Positions 39,239 through 52,700 are shown, counted from the stretch's first letter. The stretch: 64,000 nt of DNA from Chrysomallon squamiferum (GCA_012295275.1 CM022665.1:29326001-29390000), one strand, 5' to 3'. The notes: a model not told the origin generated them from the letters alone. Translations and numbers: made by a program.

Positions 39239-42200
39239 ATTTCTCTCTCAGTCACACACACACACGCAAACCAAAATGTTCTAATTACTTTGTTTTCAAA
39301 TCAGACCTTATTAGACTCCCTTTGATTCATTTTAAAATACTGCTGATTCCTAAACTGTAAACGTTTAGGCACTGATCGTCTACAACTAAAGATATATATG
39401 TGTTACAGGCAATGTGTAAAATCAGGGAATCTGCAGAATGCCTGAATATTTCAGAACGCAATTGTGCTTTTAATGGCAAACGATTCTCCTCAAATCGTTC
39501 TAAGTACTGCACTGCAGTTCAGCTCTAACGTGCCACTCCAGTCTGAATAAATAAATATATGGCTGTGCAGAGTACAGCTTTGTCAATATATTAATGATGT
39601 ACATTTATGTATGTAATTAATTATCAGTTATATGTCTGTATAGTTTGGTTTATTTGTTTCAATGTTTTTATGTTAAATTCGTAACAATAATATCCACGCA
39701 GCATATTAAAATTAAATGTTATTGTGAAATGGCTTCTAATCCATTGGAAAATTGTATAATTGATTTGTATAATTGGTTTAGATTTTTTTACTTGTCTTAA
39801 TGTCTTTATCTCAGAATTAAATAAAATAAAATAATATAAAATAAAACAAAAAAGAAGAAGGAAAAAGATAAAATGTAATTTGTTTTTAATGTTAATTATT
39901 TCGATGTCAGACTTTTTGTTACAGTTTTGTTTTTGGTGAATGTCTTTACGGTAATGTTCCTTGAAATAAATTTCACGTTTAAAGGATGCTGTAGTTTGTC
40001 ATTAGCTGAGTTTAGCTTTACAACAACTGTTTTCAATGAATAACAGACTTTTTATATCAGGCAATGTGTCGTGAAAATATGCTGAAAAGTCAGTTAATGT
40101 AAAGATTTCCTGAAATATTTAGGAAATCTACGGATTGCCTACGTGAATCAGACAATTTACTCAGTGCTTGAAATATTCAGCCATTCTACAGTTTGTATAT
40201 ATATATATATATATAGCACTGGGTAAATTGTCTGATTAACTATTCCCACCCGCAGTCCGCCAAATCTTTTGGCGTCACACTCTATTATAACTCATAATAA
40301 AATCACTTAATAAACCGGCTGATTTTGTCAACGATCATCATCTATATAAATCATGAAGAAAAACAACTTTTAGTTTGCTTTGTATTTCATGAATAAAAAT
40401 CATTTTCAAAACATTCAGAGGAATAGTATTTTATCATGGCACTGCAGAAAATGCTTTTAAGTTTGTGTCTTTGATGTTATCGTCATGTTGCAGTATGGTG
40501 ACCAAAATGACATATACCCGTTCACAGAATGTGTGAGAACACGAAGCATATACCCGCTTCGTCACAATCAATAACTATAATATAATTATTATTATTATTA
40601 TTATTATTAAAAATATATGAACTTGACATATTTTTTAAAACATTAATAATATTCTGAAATAATGTACTGTAAAGACCCTCCGCAAAAAGATAAGAAGAAG
40701 AAAAAAAAAAGTAGCGTACAAATGTAATTATTTTTTAATCTATGGTTATTTTAGACAATCGTTATTCAACTGTTCTAAATACTAAATTGTATACATAATA
40801 ACAACCAGTACTGAAATAATCTAATACCGTGGCATACAATTTCATTTTTGCTGTTTTGCACTCTAAAACCTCTCGCAAACTAAGGTTCCATTAAAAAGCC
40901 ATAATTATCATAGATTGCTTCACCTATAGGAGGAACTATGTGGTGTCTATTTAATGCTGCAAGAAGGATAATATTCAATTATAATTTTTATATATATATA
41001 TATATATATATTTCTTTTAATATTACTATATCTAGAATTATATAGCATATTTTTTTCTTTAATTAATATTCCTCCAGTTGAAAGAACGAATATATCTTCG
41101 TTCACCACCGTCACTGCTTCAAATAACACCTATGATTTCGACACATAATCCTTAAACTGTTTTTCAAAAAGCCTCTTCTTACTTTACCCTGAAATTCTAA
41201 GTAAATGTTCAAAGACGCTGAGTGTGGAATGAATGAAAACACAAATAGTTCGCACTATTTTGGCGCCATCTGAAACATGACACTTGTGTATTTATTGCGC
41301 CAAATAGTCTGATTGGTACATTTCAAAGTTAGGTCTAGATCATCATCTCTGATAAGATAACCCGATTTTGAGGCTGTAGTTGTAAGCTGGAGAAGCAAGC
41401 AACGGTACAGAATTCGTGTTTCCATAATTACTCCCAAAGATACTCCTCCTTAGTTACTGTTACTACGTCCCACAAGCTAATATCCAAAATGACGGAATCA
41501 GTAGCAGACGGCGTATCTGATCTAAAAAGTATTCCAGGTGATGTGTCGCTTTCATATCTTCCTGAGAGCTGGGGCCTTTCGAGAAAAGCACAAAAGAAAA
41601 GTTTAAATTATTTTACGCAAGGCTACAGCCACGATATAAAAATGTCCGACGAAAATCAACCGAAAGTGAATGAGAGAAAAAAACGACTCGGCACGCAAAT
41701 TGCATATTCAAGTTTGCTTGGAAACGAAACAGCTGTCAGAGGCTAACTCCTTCTGTAAAGCTGGGTGAGTATATTTTGGTATTAAACTGGTCCTGCAGCT
41801 TTGTTTATTTTAGTATATAGAAAAGTAACAAACCAAAATATAACAAATGACACACGTGTCTGAAAGCTGCATTTTCAAGACTATTTGTTTAGTATGAATT
41901 CACCTCACAACCAATTTTGGTCATATGCTTCACATACACAACACACAGTTTTTTGGGTTTTTTTACACTGTCTGTGGTCCATTGGGCCATTTCTTTTCCA
42001 GTCAGTGCATCATGATTGGTTTATACTACCCTGCCTGTGGGATGGTACTGCTAATCAGAAATAGTAGCCCATGAAGTGGCAACAGCGGGTTTCCTCTCTA
42101 AATATAGTGTGGTCCTAAACCATATGTCCGACACCATTTAACCGTAAATAAAATGTGTTGAGTTTGTTATGAAATAAAACATTTCTTTTTTTTTTTTTTT

Positions 42201-44292
42201 TTTTTTTTTTTTTCTGTTCAGTGGCTGTGTGTGGGCATGTTTATTATTCATATTTAGGTAATTCGTTTATAGCTAAATATCAACTGTGTATAGTAGTATT
42301 ATTTGAAAACAACAGGTGTTCATGTTTATAAACGATTGTCATGTTCTACTTCCAGGGTAAGTGGCCATTGCTCACTCATTATTGGGCTCTTAAAAACATT
42401 ACAAGGATTGAAGCTGCACAATTTAACATCAGTCCCAAAACAGCAGAATGGTACGAGCATTCCAAGACAGTGGGGCCATCCAAAAGGGATGAAAATAAAT
42501 CCAAAACCAATGAGCCATATTGTAGTGGAAAGACCCACAGCAGAAGTCAGAAAAAGAAAGTCTGAATTGTGTCAGTTGGACAGAGAAGAAGAAAGACTTA
42601 TAATATTGATTTGTTCTTTAATACTACAGGCAGTATATCTATTGTAATTATATATATTTATTTTGAAATTGGCATCCCCTGTTTGAGATTTTTATTGTAT
42701 TTCTAGAATATTTCTAACAAATTCTTTGCATATTGTAAAGTTGCATTTAAAAGTAAATAATGCACTCTGAAAATGTAGAGAAATAAATAATAAACAATAA
42801 ACTGAATATATACATTTTAATCAGTATAATAAAACACCGAATTAATTATATTTTGCACAAACTTATTTCATTAATATTTAATATTTAACTGGAATGTAAA
42901 CATTTTTCTCGTTATGTTTTCGGCTTCGGAAACGGTATAAATGTCAAATGCTGCCCACGTGCGTGTAGAAATAGCGCGCTTTGATTGGTTAAGTTCCGAA
43001 GTGACTGACAGCTGTGGAAACACTCTGGATAACGTGGGTGTCGTGTTTCCTCTAACATGTTGCCCAAATGTGGGGAGCGCGTAGGTTAATTACTGCTTTT
43101 AGGCATCAGTATAATAATATTAAACAATATACTGTGTTTAACGATTTCGTTCAAAGATGTTAATATTCTGTACCGTTTAATACATAAATCAGTTAAGAAT
43201 AACTGGAAAATCTATGGTAATATGTTAATTAAGCGTGTTTCCGTAACTAGTATATAAAAAAAGAAAGAACAAATATATATTTATCTGTAAAGTATATCTC
43301 AAAGACAGATTCAGATAATTTATTTTGTTTTTCAAAAGAGCATCCGCCTATCTTACTGAAGGATAACTGAAATAATCAAAATATTTATTTTCTTGCAGTG
43401 ATAGTGTAGTGTAATTTATGTTAATCGCAGTCTACACCATCAAAACCGAAGCGACATATAAAAAGATATAAAGTAATATAAAATAAACTAAATGCTATAT
43501 CTGAAACAAGTGTAATTGTACAACCACTTTAATTTTATTAATGACTCCAGTTCTAGCAAAATTATAGTTTTCTGTTATAAAATTTTGCATCAAGCAGTTA
43601 TGTTACTTAAAATAATTAACTACATCTGAAATGCTTTTATTTTCTTTCAATGAACAAGTTAATACATTGGAATATTTGAGGAACAAACTTTAGTAAACGA
43701 TTTTTATTAAATGGAAGTTGCGTGAAAATAAAAATAAATACAAGAAATATATATATTAACCAAAAATATTAAGTTTTTTTATATCACTCACTCTCTCTCT
43801 CTCTCTTCGTATAATCGTTGGTCTTTTATTGCTATTATTATTATCACAATTTAGAAACGCATCTTCTTCCATTAAATTCTTCTCTTAATTCAAACAAACA
43901 AAAATATATTATTTAGTGCTAACGTACAAAGAGATATTTTAGAGGTATTACTGACAGTACAGAGGGTGGAACTGTGAAAATAAGAATAATTTTTTCAAAA
44001 AATTATATCTTTTTTTTTCTATTTCCTTTCGTTGTATGTTCCAAAACATCGCTAAAGTTTTGACACAAAACTTACCTCCATAATTATGGCGTCTGATCTT
44101 CGTATTTGTGCATGTACTCCGATGATTGCAATGGCGTATTTCCCAAAGCCCCAAACTATAGTAATCGTGTCTGTAATTATTAGCTGTCATCCAAGAGACC
44201 GTGGCAAATCCTATCACGAAAAGAACAGTCCCAGTTAAAAGGGATATTAAAGCAATCTTCAACCAAATGGAAGCCGACATAAAACCAGCCAT
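38352..44292 (-). CDS. PMP22/EMP/MP20/claudin-family four-pass membrane protein, 3 coding exons (~171 aa)
   Basis: Exons (minus): 44292-44076, 39016-38870, 38503-38352; GT-AG, 516 nt. TM1 followed by the W...GLW...C...C signature (VSW..SLGLWEIRHCNHRSTC), then FYVATQALE plus TM2, TM3, and YKVGWSMG plus TM4. Confidence 0.9.
39181..39234. repeat. (CT)n microsatellite
   Basis: About 27 CT units in claudin-like intron 1. Confidence 0.95.
40146..40237. repeat. 23-bp inverted repeat pair flanking a spacer with (TA)n
   Basis: aatcagacaatttactcagtgct (40146-40168) versus agcactgggtaaattgtctgatt (40215-40237): reverse complements with one mismatch. Confidence 0.85.
41489..42590 (+). mobile_element. 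Degraded DNA-transposon ORF (SWIM zinc-finger protein of the type linked to YqaJ nuclease in ISL2EU/Kolobok-like elements), antisense within claudin-like intron 1
   Basis: KSLNYFTQGYSHDI, a frameshift near 41670, then KNDSARKLHIQ...EANSFCKAG, an intron 41765-42355 (gtgagt...ttccag), then VSGHCSLIIGLLKTL...TSIPRQWGHPKGMKINPKPMSHIVVERP. This fits the pattern A-x-C-x-C-x-AG...C-x-H...L...CTS-x-P-x-x-W-x-x-P with ligand substitutions. Element termini not identified. Confidence 0.65.
41969..42213 (+). mobile_element. 5'-truncated MetaSINE/MESC-like gastropod SINE with T-rich tail
   Basis: Contains ccattgggc.atttc..ttccag, cctg.ctgtgggatggt, tgctaatc...agtagcccatgaagtggc.acagcgggtttcctctc, accatatgtccgac.cca..taaccgtaaataaaatgtgttgag...aaataaaacatttc and a poly-T tail. 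These match my recollection of the abundant gastropod SINE core; the tRNA-derived head is missing. Confidence 0.8.
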
Positions 44293-46167
44293 TTTGAAAC
44301 TTTGAAACTTTGTGAATTCACCGAACGGATGCAAGCTACTCAGCAGCTGTACAAATTTATCCCGGTGCCTCCTGCAGTTCTAACAGCTCTATTTTTATCA
44401 CAAACTTCCATTTTACCGGTAACCATAGAAACTGTAGCCATGTGCCTGCAAAACATCTTTGATCTTTCTTGTATTTTGAATGTCTGTCAGCACCATCGGT
44501 TATTAACTCAACAGCTTATAGCAAACGTGAAATGAGTAATTAAAGATATGGGAACTACATTAGTTAAATACATGCTTTGTTTATCATGCAGTTATGTACA
44601 ACCAAATTTGCAGGGCATGGTCTTGAGCAGATATATTAGTGTGTGATCTCATAGCAGATAATTTCGCATTAATCATTAGCTCAGAAATTTAAATGCAGTA
44701 CTGCGTAGACCTGCTCTTCACGTCTGAATAAATTATGACTTCTATCCAACTAATAATCTTATCATTAGTCACTTATTATATAAATGTACTCAGACCATTC
44801 ATTCATTGACAATATAAAAAATAAAGACTCACCAACTTGGATAGCACAATCTGTAAGCAACTATTAATATAAATCAAATGCCTAAAGATATAACTTTATG
44901 AATTTGAAATAGTTGTGTCGAATTGTATAGTAACTTCTTACATCCATATTTGGGAGCAAAAAACATCAAAACTTCAAAGACTGAAAATGAATTAAGCGTA
45001 GCCACGACGTTAATGTTTATACATAATACAAGCTTTTTCAATTGACCTTTTTTGAGTGTGCAAGAGAGGTGGACTAACTTGAGGAAACGATGTCTTTTAT
45101 TCTGATGGCACTGTAGATTAGATTGACACGACAAAACGTCGGCAAAAGATGCTTTACAGGGTCAGCAGAGCCATCATATACAGGATAATTTTCAATACAA
45201 AGGTAAGAAACATAAGTACTGGGAAATCTCTCCCGAGGTATTTTCAGCTAACTCGAAATGCCTCGTCTCAAACTCTTCTGTTCAGCACAGTTGTGTGCGC
45301 GGGGAGGGAGGATGGAAATGTATCTTGAGATGAACGGTTACATTTGCAGAAAATATGGATCAGTCAGAAGTAATTTCTAATTAAATTATAACGTAACTAT
45401 ATATTATAACAGGAATTAAAGTGTACTTTGATGTTAAGACAAAATAGTCAAAATTTATTCTCTTTATTTCTATGACGCATTTCAGTTGAATTTTGTTTAA
45501 AGTTTGTGTTTGTGTTTGTTTATTTTGTTGTTGTTATTTCTGCTTTTTGTTATTGTTTTTGGGGTGCTGTGGTTATTTGGGGGGAAGGATTTGTTTGTTG
45601 TAATTTATTTATTTATTTATTTATTTATTTTGCTTGGGATGTGGCTGCCACCTAGTCTCAATATTTTTGCTCAAGCATTATTGTATTGCCATATTATGTA
45701 TGAAAGATGAGAGATCAACAGTAAAATAATAACTTGGACATCTAAAGAAATTTGTTACACCAGCTTGTTGTTCTGCCACAAATACATTTCTATATTTAGA
45801 ATTATTCATTGCAATTGCTTTTATATTATTAAAGCAAATAACAAAATCATTTGACTTTTTATTTCTATTTTTATTATTAGTAGTAGTAGTATGCTGTTGT
45901 TGTTATTGTTGTTGTTTGTTGTTGAAGTATTTTATTACGTATTTATAGTTTCTGTATTATCCTCTTTTTATGGAATTTTTTTCTTTCATTCTGATTCAAT
46001 ATAACAGTAGCGTAATTATAATATCAACTTGGTCAATGTAATTTCATTTCAGTTTCATAAAAAACTGTAATTTATAGATTGGAAATATCTAGACTGGTCA
46101 CCGGCGGTGATAAGGTAAACCGAAAATTGTGATCTCGAGGTTTCTCGTGAGGCTAAGAATACTGCTA

Positions 46168-46182
46168 GGAAAGTTCTCGAAT
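46168..46182 (+). promoter_or_regulatory. Heat-shock element (HSF site) of STIP1
   Basis: gGAAagTTCtcGAAt is a perfect three-pentamer nGAAnnTTCnnGAAn about 53 bp upstream of the STIP1 ATG. Weaker HSE-like arrays lie near 46081 and 46132. Confidence 0.8.
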
Positions 46183-46234
46183 CTAATAATTAGTTTGATA
46201 ATTTTCCAGTGGAAATTTTGTATATTTTATCATT

Positions 46235-49200
46235 ATGTCCGAAGAAAATAAGAAAAAGGTAGTAATTAATATTAGTTGTTTTTATAACAGCATATCTTAA
46301 TTTTAAATTGCATAGATGAATTAATATTTCTCGTTAGTTTATTGATAATAAAAGCATTGGAATAGGATTTCACCAATTTTAAACTTGAAATCACGCATGT
46401 TATATAGATTTGATTTGATTTTTTATTTATGCAAGCTGTAGCTTGAATAAAGCTAAGTATATTAGCTTTCTAAAAATTTATATGGAAATTATTTTCTTGT
46501 TTTTTTTGTTTTTCAAATCATGAAAATGAAATTTTTCAATAAAGTATTATGAATTACATATATATATATATATATACACTAGATAACAATTGTGATAAGC
46601 AGTGGTGTATCAAAACAAACCTTTTTTATATACTTTTTTATTAGTAATTTAGGTATTAGATATTTTGATGTTACATAATCATAATTACTAAATTAGTGTC
46701 ACTGCTGCTTCCATGATGTTTCATCTTATTTTACAGAGTACCGTCAATAAATTGATCTTATTTGATATTATTTTCCATCACTGAAAAATAATAATGCCTC
46801 ATTCTCCGATTTTAAATATGCAAAATGTTTCGCTGCTTTCACAAATATAGACATGGTCATTCATGTCGCCCATGCAGATCATGAAAACGCATTGGAAAAA
46901 TGAATATAAACACAAAGATCTGACAGAATCTTCAGACTGAAGATATGAGAACTACAAGCAATAAATCATAATTATTTACCTGATGTAGTCAGAATTTGTA
47001 ACAAAGTAATTTACATGTTTTTAAATGCCATAATTTCATTTTTAATCTTTAGATGCAGGTGACTTGAAAATTTGGTTAACATTTAACATTTTGTATGACA
47101 GTCTCTTGCATAAGTGCAGTATTCCCATAAGTACTTCCTATATGACACAAAGATGGTAAAGAATATTTTTCAAATGTTATTTCCTTATCCTTAACTGATA
47201 TTTTACATGCGAACCTTTTTACCAAAAGATTGACAGTGAGTAATGTTCATTCAGTAGAAACTGAACTTGTTTCCAAATTATTTTTCAGAAAATCAAGACA
47301 TGCATAATTATCCTGGATATTATTTATATTAACAAATTTCCCACAGTACAGAGTGCCTTACTAAATATCCAACATCTTTTCACCAAGAATATTCCAAGTG
47401 CAAGAAAATACTCAAGACCTTCATTTTCATTAGTTGTCCCTATTGACTGATCATACCAATTGCAGTGTGCCCATATCCTGTTTTTCAGAAAATTACTTAA
47501 TTTAATTGCATGGTTACATTTAGAAAAAGAAGAACATGAGTAATCATTTCAAAATGTCTAATTCTTTCATTACAAATAAAATCTTTACTAAGGTAGGTAT
47601 AGGTATGTTGTGTGTGTGTGATTTTTTTAAATAATTTTTTTATTTATATTTTTATTATTTTTTTTTAATCTTGTACTAGTATATTTTGAAAAAATAGCAG
47701 ATGGTTTTATTTCAGGAACTGAATAATTAAAATTAATATTAGTTTTATTTATTACAAAGGTTTTGAGAATTTGTGATTTAACCACACTTCATAATTCTGT
47801 CATTGTTTCATGAACAAATGTAATATATTAAATAGTCTTTACATTTTCATTAAAGAAATTTGTTCTGCATGTTCATACTAGATTGATATATGCATGTTAA
47901 AAAACATCTGTATTTTCATATTGTCAAAGTTTTTCTAGGAATAAATTTTTTTTTTTAATTTTTTTTTTTACTAATTTCTGTTTCTTACAAATGCCAAGTA
48001 ATGTGATGCATTACAGCTGAAATCAGTCTCTGGTTGGATATTTAATACATACATCATCTTAAGAAAAAGTATATCACAATTTATCTTGCAGTAACACAGT
48101 ATGGAAAAACTGCATGCCATTGGTGCAGTTATTGTTGCACTTTTTTTTAATCTTTTTTTTTGTTTGTTTGTATGTTCAATAAAATATTTAAAATGTTCAT
48201 TGTTGAACAGATTTGAGTTAAAATAAATTGTTTATGTACACCATATTTTGCATTTGACAGTTTAGGTTGTACTTTGAAATTTTCAGTGTTACTGACGCAG
48301 TTATATTATTTTTGTAAATTTGAATGCTGACAAAATATTTTTGTTGATTTAAGTTTAAAACTAATATTTAATATTTCAGTAACAACTGAGTTTGTACTAA
48401 CTTCTTTAAATAATTTATCCATTGTTTGAACAAAAAATACTATCAACAAAAATTGCTTTCAGTAACAAATTGTTTTATTAAGGATTTTAGGGTTTTTGTT
48501 TTGTTTTTTAAATGAGTAATACATAAATTATAACTTCAGTAAATTGAAATATTTATATACAGTTTTTTCTGGTAGAAATATTATTTCAAAGTGTTCAGTG
48601 TCATGTTATTCGTAAAAAAAAATCATTGGTTACCACATTCTGTTAACAAGTAGAATTTGCTGAGATGATTTGTCCGTAATTATCAAAAGGTATAATTATT
48701 GCTGGTCAGTTCCGACCATGGTTAAACATTTTAATATTTATGTATAAATATAAATTGCATATATATTTTCTGATGACAACTATTAAACCATACATTTTTT
48801 TTTTTTTTTATATAATTTTTTTTTTAAACTGAACTTGTTTTTCAAGCTGCAATTAAATTATAAGTAATATGTAAATCATTAATATTTTAACTGATCTGTA
48901 CTGTGTTAAATACTTAATATTTCATACTATTTAAGTGTTTTCTGATTTTGAATGATGTTGATATTTGTGCTGTTTTTTATTTTATTTTTATTTTTAAAAC
49001 ATTCTTTCTGATAAATGATATGTAATCATTAAAGCTTTTATTTATTTTATTTTATTTTATTTTATTTTATTTGTATATATACACACACACACACACACAC
49101 ATTTCTTTTTTTTTTTAAACTGGTTTTAAATATTGGGAATAAAATGTAATATTTTAGTAGCATGACAAATGTGGGTAGTTTCTTCATGTTTGCCACATAA

Positions 49201-49662
49201 TGAATTAAAGTTTTTTTAACAACCTTTTCTGATGAGAATTACAAGACATTTATCAGAAGATGTGTTTGCATGGTTTCTTACTGGTTTATTGGTTAAGGTA
49301 GAAATTTCAGTACTTGAAGTTTGTGAAAGTAAAATATATAATACAATGAGTTTGTAAGCTAGTTTGTACCTCCAGGCTGAAGAGCTAAAGATGGAAGGTA
49401 ATAAATGCCTGGAAAGTGGTGATGTGGAGAGAGCCATCAAGTTGTATTCTGAAGCAATCAATCTTGATGTTGAAAATCATGTCCTGTATAGTAACCGGTC
49501 AGCTGCCCTCACCAAATGTGGTAAATATCTGGAGGCTTTGGGAGATGCTGACCAAACCATCAAGCTGAAATCAGACTGGGCAAAGGTTAGCACACAGATC
49601 ATGCTTTTATCTTTATTTTTTTTAAAAAGGGGAAAACAAATTATTATTTTAATAATACATTG

Positions 49663-49700
<38 letters not shown>

Positions 49701-52700
49701 CCCTTTGAATTGTGTTTTATATTTTGAAATTTTATCATAGGTATCTTTTTATTATTATTATTATTATTTTTTTTTGTTTATCTATTTATTTTCACCTTTG
49801 TTCAAAGAATGATACAGATACTTAAAAATTATGAGATATCTAAACTATTGATCTCCAGGGGTACTCACGTAAAGCTGCAGCATTGTCTTATATGAATCGA
49901 TATGATGAAGCTGCAGAAGTTTATAAGGAAGGTTTAAAACATGATCCTAACAGTCAGCAGCTGAAAGATGGGCTTAAAGAGGTCAACAGTAATCTTACAG
50001 GTAGTAACCACAAATAATTTTCATTACACAAAGCCATAAATCTCGAAAAATTGTCTTGGCTTGTTTAATTACTTTCTGTACACAAGAATGCTATTTCTGG
50101 TGCATTATTTGTTCAAATTTGAACTGCTGAACTTTATAATGTCCTTTAGAATGTATCAGAGACAAACATTACCAAAATTTCTCCTGGCAGGTCCTGCTAA
50201 AAGCCAGCCAATGATGAATCCATTTTCTGATCCAAACCTTATGAGTAGACTTGAAGCACATCCCAAAACTCGAGAGTATCTAAAACAGACAGATTACAGA
50301 ATGATGATTCAATTGATACAGCAGAATCCTTCTGCAATGCAGTGAGTTGGTTATTTATTGTAGTAGAAAATTTGGACAGAGTCATTTGTTGAGTTTTAAT
50401 TCATTTTAAAAAGTGGTTAATACTGTATCACCTTAAAAAACCAGACACAAATGTATTTGTTCAATATATTTAGATTGGCTTCTACTTTTAAAACCATTGT
50501 AACATGCAGTATTTGAATCTTGTTCTGTTATTTCATAAATATAACTTGATAAATTTTGTTACATTGTACACATGGAAAGAACACATTAAATGTTTAGTTT
50601 GGCCACTTTTCTCTAGAAACATGCAAGATCCTCGGATAATGACAACTCTTGGTATTTTGCTTGGGCTTGAATTTGATGATAATGCACCAGAAGAGAAGGA
50701 TAGAAATAGTAGTAGCTATGCAACATCAAATGACAAACCTACAACAAATGGTACAACATCCACTTCATCTTCCACTGCAACAGCATCGACTTCTTCACTG
50801 ACTACAGAACAGAAAGAGGTTGTTAAACACTTGCCCATCCTAACTTGTTGGACTATCCTGCCTTGATGACATCTGTAGTGTGTGCTTATCCAAACCGCAG
50901 GAAATGTTTGTATTTCTAAAAAAAAAACAAAAAAAACATTGCAAACTGTTAATTTGTTAGCAGTTCTGTAATAAAGAAGAATTTAAAAAAATAAAAACAA
51001 ACAAAAACTGCATTAAGATTAGAAACTGAAAAAGTTTGTTTGGATTTGTAGATTTTATCTATGTGCATAATGGATTTGAAGGAAGGGTGGAGGAATATGT
51101 GTATGCTCTTTATTTACTAACAAATATATATAATCCAACCAGAGGCTGTCAAATATTTTTTTAGTTATTTGTGCATCTTTTATTTCTCTGCATTTTGTAT
51201 TATGTTAAACAGGTGTGACCCAACTGGGCAAAAAAAGAGAAAAGCTATTAAAAACAAAAATACTGTTTCTAATAACTTTATTATCACTAAGTGATACTAA
51301 GAAGAAAACGTCCATCCTGGCACAATTTAACTTTGTAATCCTGAAGAAAAGAAGTATGTTTAATTATAAGAAACATTTTCTGAGTTTGGATATGTATCTT
51401 TTTAAACTTTGATATTCTTTACACTTTGTCTGTCTTGTTTTACCATTTAATGTTTGAGACTATTATAAGAATTTGCAAAAACTTTAGTACAATATTTACT
51501 TTTGTTCAGGCTTTAGAAGAGAAAGAAAAAGGAAATGCAGCTTACAAGAAGAAAGAATTCAGTGCAGCACTTGAACATTACAACAATGCACTAAAGCTTG
51601 ATCCCTCTAACATCACAATTAAAACTAATATAGCAGGTAATTAATTATTTTGTTGTTTTTGTTCAGTCAAATCTAAATGTAATGGTAATGTTAACATGTC
51701 ACTCATAAAATTTATCAAAAGCCATTTGATTTACTACCTTTTTTTTTCTTTTCTTTTTTAAATTCTTGTCATTAATCAGTAAAAATAAGTCATTGTGTAA
51801 GAACAATAAAAATCTTATTTCATTTTAAAGTCAAATGAACATCCAATATCAATTTTACTAGGATATATGAGATGCCATTAAATATTGTTTTAAGTACATA
51901 GGTATATTTAGTGACATTTCTTTTCCAGAAAAGTAGAACATTCTTTTCTGATATATAATTTTGTGATAACATGTCAAAATTTCATTGCAGCTGTCTATTT
52001 TGAGCAAGGAGAATATGACAAATGTATTGAAGAATGTGAAATGGCTGTAGAGCTTGGTAGGGAACAGAGAGCAGATTACAAATTGATTGCCAAGTAAGTA
52101 GCTAAGCAAATTCATTATTTGTATGTTAACTTTTTTTTCTTGGTGTTTTAATGGTATTAAAATCTGTTAATATTAATATATCACTCCAACATTTGATTAT
52201 AATTATATGAACATTGAATTTAGCAGACTTGAACAATCTTTCAAATTGGTTTGGTGCAAAGTAATTTTTAATTGTGGTAATCACTTGATATATCAACAAG
52301 TAAAATTACAAAGTTACTAGTAGAAGACTTTTTAAAATTTCAGAGCACTGGCACGTATTGGTAATGCCTATTTGAAAAAAGGTGATTTACAAAAAGCCAA
52401 GATGTACTACGATAAATCTCTATCAGAACACAGGACACCAGAGATGGTGAAGAAATCGAATGAGGTAATTACAAATATGAAGCTTTCAAAAAGCCAAAAA
52501 CATGCATGGACATATTGGTTTACATTAACAATTTTGTTGTTTTAAAACAAATATTGCTACTTCTTTCTTTTATTTACATAAATAGCGATCACTTAAATGC
52601 ACTTGAGATTGACTTTATTTTACAGATAATCTTCTGTGGTACAAATAAAGTCTAGATATTTAATTGCTTCCAGATGATAGTTCATCCAAAATTTCATAAA

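Noticed and set aside
7324-39360. Low-complexity ORFs (poly-L at 7324, poly-ER at 36476, poly-SL at 37914 and 39106)
   Set aside because: They are translations of (TTA)n, (AG)n and (CT)n microsatellites.
41090-41280. Possible divergent THAP-transposase start (MAPK...) next to the SWIM relic
   Set aside because: There is an immediate stop and no convincing C2CH THAP signature.
46700-47500. STIP1 intron 1 segment resembling a C/D snoRNA (atgatgt...ctga) or decayed hAT coding sequence
   Set aside because: The C box is imperfect, only about 8 nt of rRNA complementarity is visible, and the hAT-like peptide needs several assumed frameshifts.
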